A stretch of DNA of 64,000 bases from Octopus sinensis. Taxonomy: Eukaryota. Shown one piece after another: positions 52,310 to 63,738 of the stretch. The stretch is taken from contig NC_043004.1 of assembly GCF_006345805.1 (NCBI RefSeq), forward strand, positions 45,384,001 to 45,448,000, given 5' to 3'. The notes below the pieces were generated by a model. The model worked only from the letters and a program-made list of their open reading frames with translations. It was not told where the DNA came from and searched no databases. A program made the translations under genes and the position numbers. Within the stretch, counting starts at the first letter, position 1. The number at the start of each line of letters is the position of its first letter.

Positions 52310-52960
52310 TCATCATCGTCATCATTTAATGTCTGGTTTCCATGCTGGCATAGGTTGGATAGTTTGACAGGAACTAGAGAGCTACCTGGGCAAGTTATAA
52401 CAAAAAGTTAGTGAAATATTTAAAATGTTTACAGTTGGATAGATAGACAAATATAACAAAATAATTTGATAAAAAATGTGAATTTTTACTTATTTTCTGA
52501 GATTTTACAAAAATATTTTTTAACAACAAAAATATTTTTTAATTTTCTTTTTGATATTGTTTCTATGACAGGATGCCCTTCCTAGCACCAACCACTTTAC
52601 AGAATGTAATGGGTGCATTTATGCAGCACCAGCACAAGTGCTTTTATGTGGTACCAGCATGGGTGCTTTTTCATAGCACTGGCACCCACAAGCTCACAAG
52701 ATTAGGAATGCTCAGGTGAATAAGGATGCAGGGGACTTGCCTGCATGCAAGGACAACCATGTGTGTACTTAGCTTGATGTGTCTTCCCAAGCAAAGTAAA
52801 CTGCCAGGAATCTTAGTCCCCCGTCATCCCTTCTGTGGTGCTCAACACCAGAAGATCTTTTTTGACCATTTTAATCCACACCTTCTGGGGTCCAACACTT
52901 CCACACATTTATTTTGTCAGGACAGAAGATACTGTTGAAGGCCTTTTACTGAGTCTATAA
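52310..52960 (-). mobile_element. RTE-clade LINE 3' fragment (ORF C-terminus plus 3' UTR)
   Basis: Minus-strand 52770-52910 translates to CGSVGPQKVWIKMVKKDLLVLSTTEGMTGD*DSWQF, like the RTE C-terminal GRP-KTW...D motif; followed by the ggatgcccttcc UTR and (GAT)n tail. Confidence 0.75.
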
Positions 52961-53443
52961 GACTAGTGGGAAGGAGGGAGGGAGGAGGTATCTGCTTCCC
53001 TCCCTCATCTGAAACCTGGCCCACATTCTTGCACCAGTGCAGTGAGTCAGAACAAATATTGCAAGGCAGTCTATCTGATGCTCTGATGAAACAATAACTG
53101 AAGCAATGTTCACTAAATAAAATTATAATTAATTGAAGGTTTAAATTTATATATGAACGCTTTACGTCTGGAAGGATTTTGTATAATACAATCTTTGACG
53201 GCAGTAGGTGCATTGGTGTCAGAAAGGCTTATTAACCCTTTTATTGCAGAAATCAAATATATCCCCTCAAAATTTCATTGGCCTTAAATGCTGAAAGCAA
53301 TTTTAAATACCAATCTGTCTGTTGTTGAGTAATTTCGTATTTGAAACTAATTTTCATTGTGATACATCTAGCTAATTGATGCAACGTGTCTTGCAGAAAA
53401 TACCAGCTTTAATTTTTTGATATATATTTAGCATCATTTGAAA

Positions 53444-53835
53444 TCATCATCATCATCGTTTAACATCCGCTTACCATGCTAGCATGGGTTGGACAGTTCA
53501 ACCGGGATCTGGGAAGCCAGGAGGCTGCACCAGGCTCCAGTCTGATCTGGCAGTGTTTCTACAGCTGGATGCCCTTCCTAATGCCAACCACTCCGTGAGT
53601 GGAGTGGGTGCTTTTTACGTGCCACCAGCACAGGTGCCAGGTGAGGCTGGCAATGGCCACGATCGGTTGGTGCTTTTTACGTGCCAGGTGAGGCTGGCAA
53701 CGGCCACGATTGGTTGGTGTTTTTTACGTGCCACCGGCAGGGAAGCTAGTCAAGGCGGTGCTGGCATCAGCCACATTCGGATGGTGCTTTTTATGTGCCA
53801 CCGGCACTGGGATCACAACTACAATTTCCATTGAT
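53444..53835 (-). mobile_element. Young RTE-like 3' UTR copy with four gtgctttttacgtgcca subrepeats
   Basis: (CAT)n-gtttaacatccgct...ggatgcccttcctaatgccaacc...; CpGs largely retained. Confidence 0.85.
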
Positions 53836-54467
53836 TTTGTAGAAATTATAGTTGTGATCCCTGTGCCAGTCAACCATGGAATTTAATTTCACAGTTAAAG
53901 GATTAATTTTAATTAATTAAAATTTAGATTTGTTCATTTTTTTAGTCTCCCATGAATGCATGTCTGGTTACCTTACCTGGAAACAGGTGAGGACTGACAA
54001 GAGGAATGGCATCTGGCTGTAGAATATCTGCCTTAGTAAAATTCTGTCTGACCCATGCAGGCATGCAAAAGTAAAATGTTAAATGGTGTTGATGATAAAA
54101 TTTGAGTTTGTCTTGGTCTGCCTTTTTTAAATTTTTCTTGAATTAAATGATTTTGATTCTGATTGCTGTCATCATGAAGGATGAATGTTTAATTGTAATT
54201 TTTTTGTTTACTATCTCAAATACACTGTCACTGGTCAGTCAAGTTTGTTTGAAATAATCTACTACAAATTACATCCTAACATCTTAAAAAGAGAAGGACA
54301 CATTAATAATATATACTCCTAGATACTGTAGGTATGCAATGCATGACATGTTTCATTATAATTGCTTAATACCAGATTAATCCTTAATCAAGAAGTAAAA
54401 TATTTTGTTTTCAAGTAGCAGATTAACTACATTATAGTGTGTTTCGTTTTTTGTAAAAACAACCTAG

Positions 54468-54704
54468 AGTAAATTTGAGAAAAATTCGACTGTTATTTCT
54501 AGCACATTACTAGTCACACAAAGTTTCCCCCCATGAATATCATGGTCACATTTATCTAAAAGACAGTATGGCTGCATGATTTTCAGTAAATTTGAGAAAA
54601 ATTCGACTGTTATTTCTAGCACATTACTAGTCACACAAAGTCCCCTCCCCCCATGAATATCATGGTTACATTTATCTGAAAGACAGTATGGCTGCATGAT
54701 TTTC
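54468..54704 (+). repeat. Two-copy tandem duplication (117 and 120 bp)
   Basis: agtaaatttgagaaaaattcgactg...ggctgcatgattttc at 54468 and 54585; only a few differences. Confidence 0.95.
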
Positions 54705-55342
54705 TGCTGGCTGGAGCAGTTTTAATTGTAAGTCTGCCCAACAAAGACAATAGACACAACAGCATCCAGGTCCTGTAACTAAAGATCATTGCTTTGTCTC
54801 AGAGAAGCACTCACCTCTCTCCCTCTCTTTCATTGCTGTCCAATATAGACTTGCTCACTCAGTCAGAATCTTTATTTTTTTTTTATATGGTTAATTATTT
54901 GTTTATTTATTTCCGATATCTGAAACAAAACAATCCTGAAATGTATCTGCTACTAGTGCCAATTTAGTAATGGGTATATGACAATAATTATGTTACACAT
55001 CATGGAACATATGAATTAATTATGTTCGTATATAAGGATGGTGCCTCTGTTTGTGTTGTTGTTAATGTTGGCTGTTTCCATTACGAAAAATAAATGAGGA
55101 AAGATCAATAATTTAAAACAGAAAACTGAGTGCATAGAAGCAGAGTGGTTGTATATATTATTAGGAGAAAAAAAAACAACCACCTCATAACCTCTCTGCT
55201 ATATTTGACAAATTTTGTAGAGAATTGAGTTCAGTTTCTTAAAAGTCATCCTTTTATAAAAATCTTATATCTATATGTATATCATTGTCATCATTTTAAT
55301 GTTATTTTTCTATGTCTTCATAAGTCACACAGGAATTACAAC

Positions 55343-55700
55343 CGTGTTTCATGGTCTGCTACCACAACAGCTCCTTTTATAGGATCCAGTTAGCTCAAGA
55401 CATCATCAGGAGGAACCACATCTGGTTTCGGCCCCTACTCCCCTACCGTTTTGGCGTGGCAGGGCCCTCCCTTTCGGAGGTGTCTTCAGCTCTGGTGTTG
55501 GATGCATGTCTTCTTTCTTCTGTTCCCTGGCCTCTTCGATGTATCATCAGTAAGTGTCAGCCGGTGACTGACTGCTTGTCAAATATTTCCCTTTAAATAC
55601 CTGCCGCTAGGCTGCAGCAGGCAGCCCCAGCAAGTTGTCACGTGACACCGTCTCACCTTAACTGCTAGTGAAGGCGCGTAGTTTTAGCCAAAGCAGATTT
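55343..55700 (-). mobile_element. GC/CpG-rich element with TATA-like motifs and several CTGANGA/GAAA motifs (Penelope pLTR-like?)
   Basis: Minus strand: gtcacgtgac, ggtatttaaaggg, CTGATGA (55550), CTGAAGA (55489), GAAAC (55429), CTGATGA (55409), cctataaaagg, GAAAC (55350). Confidence 0.45.
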
Positions 55701-55911
55701 TCTCTATTGAATAATGCCCTTTCTATAGACAACACCCACCTGTTTCTAAGTAATGTAATATATGTCTACAGCTGGGCATGTATCCACTGAAAATTGAAAA
55801 CAACACCACTTGTATAATGGTGACTCTTGTTTACAACTGTTATGTGATAACAAGATAAAGAGAAATAAAATACCCATGCATGCACACACACACACACACA
55901 CGTATATATAA

Positions 55912-56070
55912 GACACGTTTCTTTTAGTTCCTGTCTATCAAATTCACTCATAAGGCTTTGGTCAGCCAAGGCCACAGTAGAAGACACTTGCCCTCAGTGC
56001 CATACAATGGGACTGAACCTGAAACCATATACTTTGGAAGAACTTCTTAACCACACAATCACGTCTGCAC
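55912..56070 (-). mobile_element. SINE family A, 5' half
   Basis: aaggctttggtcagcc...agaagacacttgccc...gggactgaacc. Confidence 0.75.
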
Positions 56071-56559
56071 ACATGCACACACACATTTATATATTTACTC
56101 AAACGTATATGGAAGTTCCTGGAAGGTCTAATATCAAACTTTGGGTCTAAAAAAGCAGTATCAGTCCCTGAACTGCATGCCACTGCATACTACCTAAGGC
56201 ACCACTATCCTTATCTAGAGTCAGAACGTTATACTGTGACAGCTTCAAGTTTCAGTTTCAAGGCCCATGACTTGTTAGTACTTTGCCGGAAAACTCAAAA
56301 GATCTACTAGATGTGAATGCCGGTGTTTTCAAATGAAAACTTAAACTTCTTTCTCTCCAAGATCCCTAACAAGGCATGAAACAGAACTAAGGGTGACAAT
56401 ATCCAAGCCTCTCATTCATCAAGAACCAACCAGGGAGAGATGTTGTGGAAATTTAATGGAAGCAACATTAATGGTAGTGCCCTGGCATAGCCATCATGAC
56501 TGACAGCCTGGAAAAAGTAAAAATATAAAATATATGTACGTATGAATGTACATACAAAA

Positions 56560-56690
56560 GCATAATAAAAGGCAACCTGAAGGAACTCCAGATCAATATA
56601 AAGAACTGGGAAGAACTTTGGAAAGAGCTGAGTTGAGAAAGCGTATGAAGGAAGGCTGCAAAATGTTTGAAGAGGGTCACCTTAAGCATG
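56560..56690 (+). pseudogene. RTE-like reverse transcriptase C-terminal relic
   Basis: IKGNLKELQINIKNWEEL... resembles the RTE C-terminal LK...W E.L..DR..WR pattern; frameshifted. Confidence 0.4.
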
Positions 56691-56744
56691 AAAGTCTAAA
56701 GTGTTGACTTTAGGAGGGCTGTCATCAGTAAATTGTTGGAGGTT

Positions 56745-57108
56745 GAAATGTGTGGCCATGTCACAACAGCACTTGACATTTGGTCTTCCAGCTCACCTGA
56801 CTGCAACCCCCTCAACATTTGTGTGAGGCACGGTGGAATGAGTGACTAACAAATCCAGCTGCGACAAGAAGAATGAGCTGGGGGCTAGAATTACCAGGGC
56901 TTTCAGAGGCCTAAAATAGGAAATAGTGATGAAGGCCTGTGACCTGTTCCAAGGTTGCCTGGAGCCTGTCATTGAGGCTAAAAGCAGGTTCATCATGTGA
57001 GATTGATAGAACATGTCATGAAGATAAACTGATCCAAATTTGACAAATACATCTCAAAAAATAAATACTCTATATTTTTTTCCTGAGATAGTCACCATCT
57101 GCACCTTG
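56745..57108 (+). pseudogene. Tc1/mariner (maT-like) transposase 3' fragment with right end
   Basis: DIWSSSSPDCNPLN (WPPxSPDxNPLD-like) and NELGARITRAFRGLK*EIVMKACDLFQGCLEPVIEAKSRFI; ends ...ctgcaccttg|TA. Confidence 0.75.
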
Positions 57109-57464
57109 TACTCCTTTTGAAGGCTGGATACATCAACCAACTAATGTCCCATGAAAGATAAACTATATGCAATGTCCTTCCTCCTAGTCTGGGTGATTCG
57201 GTGTGTGTAGTGTGTGAAAGGACTTGCAAGTTAATTTCAGGTTTCAAGAGACACATAAGGCAGTTGACAGAGATTATATCTCACAAAATGATCCATTCAG
57301 TCCAGTGAAAGTTACAACTTTCCTCTCATCTGTGCTTCAAACCATGTAGATCTTCAGTAGGACTGAATAGTCATTTGAGAGGCCATGGGCAGAAATTCCA
57401 TTGACAATAAAGAAGCTCTGAGAGATGGGAATCATCTGTGAAGATGAAGTAGTCACCATGTATA

Positions 57465-58050
57465 GGGTTTAGCTATGTGGTCGAGAAGTTTGTTTTGCAA
57501 CCAGATGTTTCAGTCCCACTGTGGAATCTTTTCAAGTGGCTTCTAATATAGCCCAGGACAAGCCAATGCATTGTGAGTGAATTTAGTAGACAGAAACTGT
57601 ATGGGAACTTGTTTTATAGAAATTTATATGTTTGTGTGTCTTAATGCTTTGTGACTGGTGTAGGTTTGTTTATATCCCTGTAAGGGAGCAATTAAAAAAA
57701 CAAAAAACTAATAGAAATATGTACTAGACTGAAAATGAGTATCAGGATTAATTTGAACAATTAAGCTATTTAGCCCTTTCATTACTATATTTATTTTGAG
57801 ATGCTCTGTGTTTCTTTCAATTACTTTAAATATAACAAAGAATTTAGTAAAATAACTTAGTTATCATTCAGCTAGTGTTAGGAACATAAATTGTGACTAA
57901 GGTTTGGTGGAAGATTTTAATTCAAAACTTATGAAAACAAGACATTTGTACTCAGAGACAGCACCGGTTTCGGCCGGGTTGGTAATGAAAGGGTTGAGGT
58001 GGTGCTTCAGTATGGCTGCAGTCCCTTGACTAAAACAAATAAAAGAATAT
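57465..58050 (+). mobile_element. Old SINE family A copy split by a TTAA MITE
   Basis: Head cagtcccactgtg...gtagacagaaactg; the tail ggtggtgcttcagtatggctgcagtc resumes after 57997. Confidence 0.65.
57774..57993. mobile_element. piggyBac-type MITE family 1
   Basis: ttag|CCCTTTCATTAC ... GTAATGAAAGGG|ttga; 220 bp; aligns with 2069-2289. Confidence 0.88.
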
Positions 58051-60590
58051 GTAAATGAGAGAAGGAGTTAATCAGTTGATGTGTGTATAATGCTGAGAAA
58101 TAACAATGAAATGTGCTGTAATGATTGGTTGATAACCTTTACCCACATCCACCCAAACCAATGTGTGGTCACATGGTCTGCTAGAAATAGCAGCTGGATT
58201 TTTCTCCAAAGTTACACATAATACCCTATTTGAACAGAAAGCGTCATATTATTTAGTTGTTCATAAAACATTTATGAAGCAAAAGAGGGGACAGACATAG
58301 TTGGAATGTTTCAGTTTATTGGGGTTGGTGTAAGGTATAAACAACAATAATAATGACAGATGAATTGTACAAACAGTTGCAGTAGGAAACAGCAATAGTA
58401 ACAGATTCTTACGCCATGTAACTGCATTAGCAATACTCATAGTAATGTGAATGGGTAGCATTGCTACCTGGGTTCTGGGTAACTAAGTTCTAATTGTGGT
58501 GGAGGTGGTGATAAATATCATAGTGACACACATGGAAGTTTTAGTAGTTTTAACAACTCTGACAGCCTACCTTCATATCATCTACATAACAGCAGTAATT
58601 TATAGTAGCAGTCTGAATGGTTAAATAATTTGCTTCACAATTATATAGTCTGAGTTTGATCCCAGAACCTCATGGTGGTGAAGCAAACTCTTGGCAACTG
58701 AAACAAATATTCAGTAAATTGTAGCATGTTTGGCAAATTTCATCAGATCAACCCAAATCATGTAACTAAATTGGGTGACTGGAAATTGTACAGAAGTCCG
58801 TCAGATGAAGAGTTGTACATGTAATTCAAAGGTTCAGCCTTATGTATAGCCACGATGGACCACCCTCAGAATTACTTCGGTACAAACGTCTGTGGAATAC
58901 TCAACCATTTTCATGTTGATTTAACATCAAGTGACAGGCCATAAAAGAGAGAGTAAGTCACCCCTTCTATCTGTAGACTGGGATGGCACCTTGGCTTCCT
59001 GTGCCAGGTATACAGTGAAAACGTCATTTGCTGGACGCTGGATAACCAACAAGGTGGAGGAGTCCTAGAGCAACAGTTTGAAGGTTATTGTGGTCAAGTG
59101 AAAGATCTGTACCATCAGACAATGGTTGGGCATCAACTAACAAGTGAGCTGCTACTGTGGAGCGGTCTCATCATTGACCATGCTTGCTTGCACATCACTT
59201 GGTACTTGGTGTGGAGGTCCAGAGAGGCAATCTGTTGGTGGAGGGGAGCGACACCAACTGCCTTACTCACTATCCAAAAGTATTTTGTTCAAAGAAGTGG
59301 GAAGCCCTGTGGTGATAGATTGAATGTGACAGCAGCAGCACTGGGAGCTACTGGCAAGAGCTCTACATATAAACAAATACTCTCAATATTTCCTACTTAT
59401 TTCTTTAACAGAACAGTCAATGTGAACTTAGAACAGACAATTGATGATGACACTCGATTCAACAAAAGAATACTTATTGTTAAAAATTATGGAAGATATA
59501 TCATCAAGATTGGCAGGAAAACTAAGAGCCATTATTTTTGCTGTTGTAGATATAACTATCGTAAATAATCACTCAAAATAAGACTTAATTGTGAGCAAAA
59601 TTATAATTTATTTAACGACATCTCACGTCGAACATTGTGCCAAAGCCCTAGCTTTTGTCTGACATAACAAACAGACCTTTATTGCATAACGGACAGGCTT
59701 CTTTTTTTTAATTATGCTTGAAGGGACATGTTGTAACCATGACTGCTTTTCAAGGAAAGCAAACATGCATCACTTTTGTCTTTTTTCCTCTGCATGACAG
59801 ATTCTGCAGACAAAATGTCTTAGTCTCCCATAGTGCACCTCTTCATCCATTGTTTTCTCTTTCCTGGGGTCACTGTGAAATAGAATTCCTCCCACTCCCT
59901 AACTTGTCTGGTGAATCATGTTATTGCTGTTGCTTTCAGCATGTGTCCATCACTGCCATTGCCATTGTTGTTGTCAATAGTTTTGCCAACATCAGCAATA
60001 TCATTAATATTGCCTACAGTATTACTACTTCTGTCATCGACTCACACTTCATCTTTCCCAAATCCTTAATTTTTTTTTTTTTTTCAAACTATATTTTAGT
60101 TTATTTATCTGTTTATTGATATGACGATAAACTTATATATGTGTAAGAGGAAAGCATCTTTGGTGTTTCTTGAAATTTTTTTGAATTTAAAAAGAAAGAA
60201 AAATTTAATTTATTGTTATAATCCCTTTTATTATTTATTTTGTATAACCTGTCATATACACAAGGCTGCAATATTCAGAAATCAAAAAACAATATTATAT
60301 TCCAAACAGAGTTTCAAAGGAGCTGAAATTAAAGAAAAGAAACAAGCTATTGTATTGCAAGTGGAATAGAAAATGCAAAACTCAAAATAGCTTCCAATTT
60401 GAAGCAGTTTACAGCAAAGTATTACAAAAATCTATTAAGTCACTAGTAAAACATAACATCCTGGACTAGAAAAACACACTCCTTTTCACTGGTAATCTTA
60501 TAAATAACCAATACTAAAACACATAAGAAACTATGTATCATAGTTCTGTATATACACTATTATTGGCAGGCAAGTTATTGCAGTTTTCAT

Positions 60591-61007
60591 GGATCTTTTC
60601 GGTTTGAACGGCAGTCTTTTCTAGCAGTGTCATATGAAATTGTCACCCATAATTATGACCCTAGTATCGATCTATTGCATTTCAATCTATTTTAGGGTTA
60701 GGGTTAGGGGTGGGGGAAGAGTATCTTTTTTTCTTCACAAATGTAAATAAGCCCAATCTGTTTCTTAAACGAGGGACATATTCATACGGCATAGAATGTT
60801 TTTTACCGCAATAGACGTCACTGATTGGTTGAAATTGCAGAAATTGAAGAAAAAAAACAACAAATATCTTACAAACTATAGAATTTTCTCAATAAAGCCA
60901 AGAGAAAAAGATGTTTTATAAACACAGTCTACCAGTATACAAAGTTAAAAATTTTTAAAGTTACCTAGAGATTATGTTAAAAACTGCCGTTCAAACCGAA
61001 AAGATCC
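60591..61007. mobile_element. 417-bp MITE with perfect 25-bp TIRs and internal telomere-type repeats
   Basis: AT|GGATCTTTTCGGTTTGAACGGCAGT ... ACTGCCGTTCAAACCGAAAAGATCC|AT; (TTAGGG)3 at 60692-60709. Confidence 0.92.
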
Positions 61008-61620
61008 ATTTACATCTAAGATAAAATCTTTTTGGGTGAGCTGTATTAAAAACATTATTAAGTGTTAAAGTCATCTCTACAGATTTTCTATAAGAAATTA
61101 TAACCAGCACTGATTTTGTTGCGATGTTTCATATCCAAGATGTCCGATGTAAACAAACAAACAATGAGACTGAAGATGAAGAAATGGGTGAGGGGCATAT
61201 ACGCCATATTTCGAGAATTTTTCCTCCTTCATCAGCATCCATCAAGCCCATTAATCATGCATGAACTGATTGATTAAATAGCCACTACATATAGCTGTGC
61301 AGCATTATTGGATTTACCAATTTACATATTAAACACATTCCTGGAAGCTGGTATGTAAATATCAAGGACTTGTAGGCACACAGTATTTCATTATGCAACC
61401 GTAATATGCTACAAAGTATATTAAACGTTTTCATAAGTCATTAAAAACTGTATATATTGAAGGAACTTACCAGTGTACATATACATGAATTACATTCTAA
61501 ATTTAAAATAAGAGTGAGAAATTAGATATTAATTTAATCAACATCGATTTCACACCAGTGGTCTAGCATAAAAAAAAACTGAAGGTTCAGTAAAACTGTA
61601 TTATATATATATATATTAGA

Positions 61621-61822
61621 GGGAAACCACCATGTGGACACCCATATACTAGAAATAGATCCGCTATGGTCTCACCACCAAGAAATGTTCTCCAGAAAAA
61701 TTTAGTGAAACAACCGAAACGTAATCAAGAAATTTTGCTAAATTTTTCTTGAGAGCATTTCTTGGTGGTGAGACTGTAGCAGATCTATTTCTAGCATATG
61801 GGTGTCCACATGGTGGTTTCCC
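61621..61822. mobile_element. Foldback MITE, 90-bp arms, ~22-bp loop, in (TA)n
   Basis: gggaaaccaccatgtggacacccatat... / ...atatgggtgtccacatggtggtttccc; 82/90 positions complementary. Confidence 0.92.
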
Positions 61823-62227
61823 TAATATATATACATGAATTACATATAGTTGCCTGTTTTAATTTAATTTAATGTATGCTTCAATTTTATAGATCAGTGG
61901 TTTTCGACCATTTTTTACCTATTTGATTACTATTTTATTCTATTGGACCCCCGTAACCATTCAATGTATAAAAACTAATTTTATAGATACTTCTTTCAAA
62001 GTTTAGTGCATGTGTTTATGTGGCAAAAAAAAAAAAAAAAAAAAAGAACTGAAAAGTTGGTTCCAGTAAGATTTGAACTTAGAAGTAAAGGACCAGAATG
62101 AATACGACTTGGCATTTTACTGGATGGGTTTAATGATTCTGCCAATTCAGCATACAGAATTATAAGTGAGAAATCTAAGAAATATAGAACAAGAATTAAT
62201 TGCAACTTATGTAGAATGTATCGTATA

Positions 62228-62397
62228 GGCGTAGGAGTGGCTGTGTGGTAAGTTGCTTGCTTACGAACCACATGGTTCCGGGTTCAGTCCCACTGCGTGG
62301 CTTCTTGGGCAAGTGTCTTCTACTATAGCACCGGGCCGACCAAAGCCTTGTGAGTGGATTTGGTAGATGGAAACTGAAAGAAGCCTGTCATATATAT

Positions 62398-62435
<38 letters not shown>

Positions 62436-62645
62436 TGTGTTTGTCCCCCCCAAAAAACATCGCTTGACAACCGATGCTGGTGTGTTTATGTCCCCATAAC
62501 TTAGCGGTTCGGCAAAAGAGACTGATAGAAAAAGTACTAGGCTTACAAAGAATAAGTCCTGGGGTTGATTTGCTCGACTAAAGGTGGGGTTCTCCAGCAT
62601 GGCCACAGTCACATGACTGAAACAAGTAAAAGAGTAAAAGAGAGT
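62228..62645 (+). mobile_element. SINE family A, full length, with internal (TA)n(TG)n
   Basis: A box TGGCTGTGTGG, B box GGTTCAGTCC, core gggcaagtgtcttctactatagc, microsatellite at ~62391-62435, tail ...gactgaaacaagtaaaagagtaaaagag. Confidence 0.9.
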
Positions 62646-62730
62646 AACTCACATCATTATGAGCTTATTCCACTTCAGTGTTTCAAGTGTTAAATATGAT
62701 TGTAAAGGTAATGGGAAGGCATGCATTCCT

Positions 62731-63112
62731 TTTATTTATTTTTTGTTTCAGTCATTTGACTGTGGCCATGCTGGAGCACCACCTTTAGTCGAAAGAATCG
62801 CCCCCACGACTTATTCTTTGTAAGCCTAGTACTTATTCTATCGGTCTCTTTTGCTGAACTGCTAAGTCACAGAGACGTAAACATACCAGCATCAGTTGTC
62901 GAGTGATGGTGGGAGGACAAACAGACTCACAAATACGCACACACACTTATGACGAGCTTCCCTCAGTTTCCGTCTACCAAATCCACTGACAAGGCTTTGG
63001 TTGGCCCGAGGCTATAGTACAAGACACTTGCCCAAGGTGCCATGCAGTTGGACTGAACCCAGAACCATGTGGTTGGTAAGCAAGCTACTTACCACACAGC
63101 CACTCCTGCACC
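62731..63112 (-). mobile_element. SINE family A, full length, inverted relative to 62228-62645
   Basis: Reverse complement of the neighbouring copy along its whole length. Confidence 0.9.
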
Positions 63113-63156
63113 TGTATGTGTATATTTGAGTATGTCTGTGTATTTATATATATATA

Positions 63157-63193
<37 letters not shown>

Positions 63194-63345
63194 CTGTTTG
63201 CATTCATGTGCTCACATGTATGTGTGCCTAAAGAGGCATCTTAAAAAACTTTGTTTCAAAATAGATGTGAAAGTCATTCGCTGACCTAGAAATGACGATA
63301 TTAGTAAAAGTCTTTGTTAATGGACAACCACCATTTAGAAGAATA

Positions 63346-63738
63346 CTAGCAGTATCGCCCGGCGTTGCTCGGGTTGTAAGGGAAATAACTATATAAGCAT
63401 TTTTAGAGAGTTATAGCCAAAAAATAGCAAAAAAAATGCATTAAAAATTGAAAAAAAATTAAGGTAAATTTTTTTTAAATCGTTGACACATTGTAGATAT
63501 TTTTAGAGAGTTACTTCCCTTATATAAAAGCGAAAAAAATGCATTAAAATGGAAAAATATGATGGTAAATTTTTTTTAAATCGTAGACTCATCGTAGACG
63601 CGCGCTAATACCCAGAAGGGCTCGATATGAATCGACTATAAGATACCCGCTTTTGGTTAAACTGCACCGCAAAATGTGGGAGTAATTACAAATGTAAATC
63701 GAAGGGGACAGACACACAACTTCACTCTTATATAAAGA
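63346..63738 (-). mobile_element. Non-autonomous Helitron (393 bp)
   Basis: Minus strand A|TCTTTATATAAGAGTGAAG ... cccgagcaacgccgggcgatactgCTAG|T; the 3' ~115 bp are shared with 39042-39421; internal ~100-bp duplication. Confidence 0.85.

Noticed and set aside
59098-59568. 156-aa ORF
   Set aside because: It starts at GTG, runs from a degenerate repeat body into AT-rich flank, and shows no domain signature.
60692-60709. Telomere or chromosome-healing site
   Set aside because: Only three units, internal to a TIR element; treated as MITE cargo.
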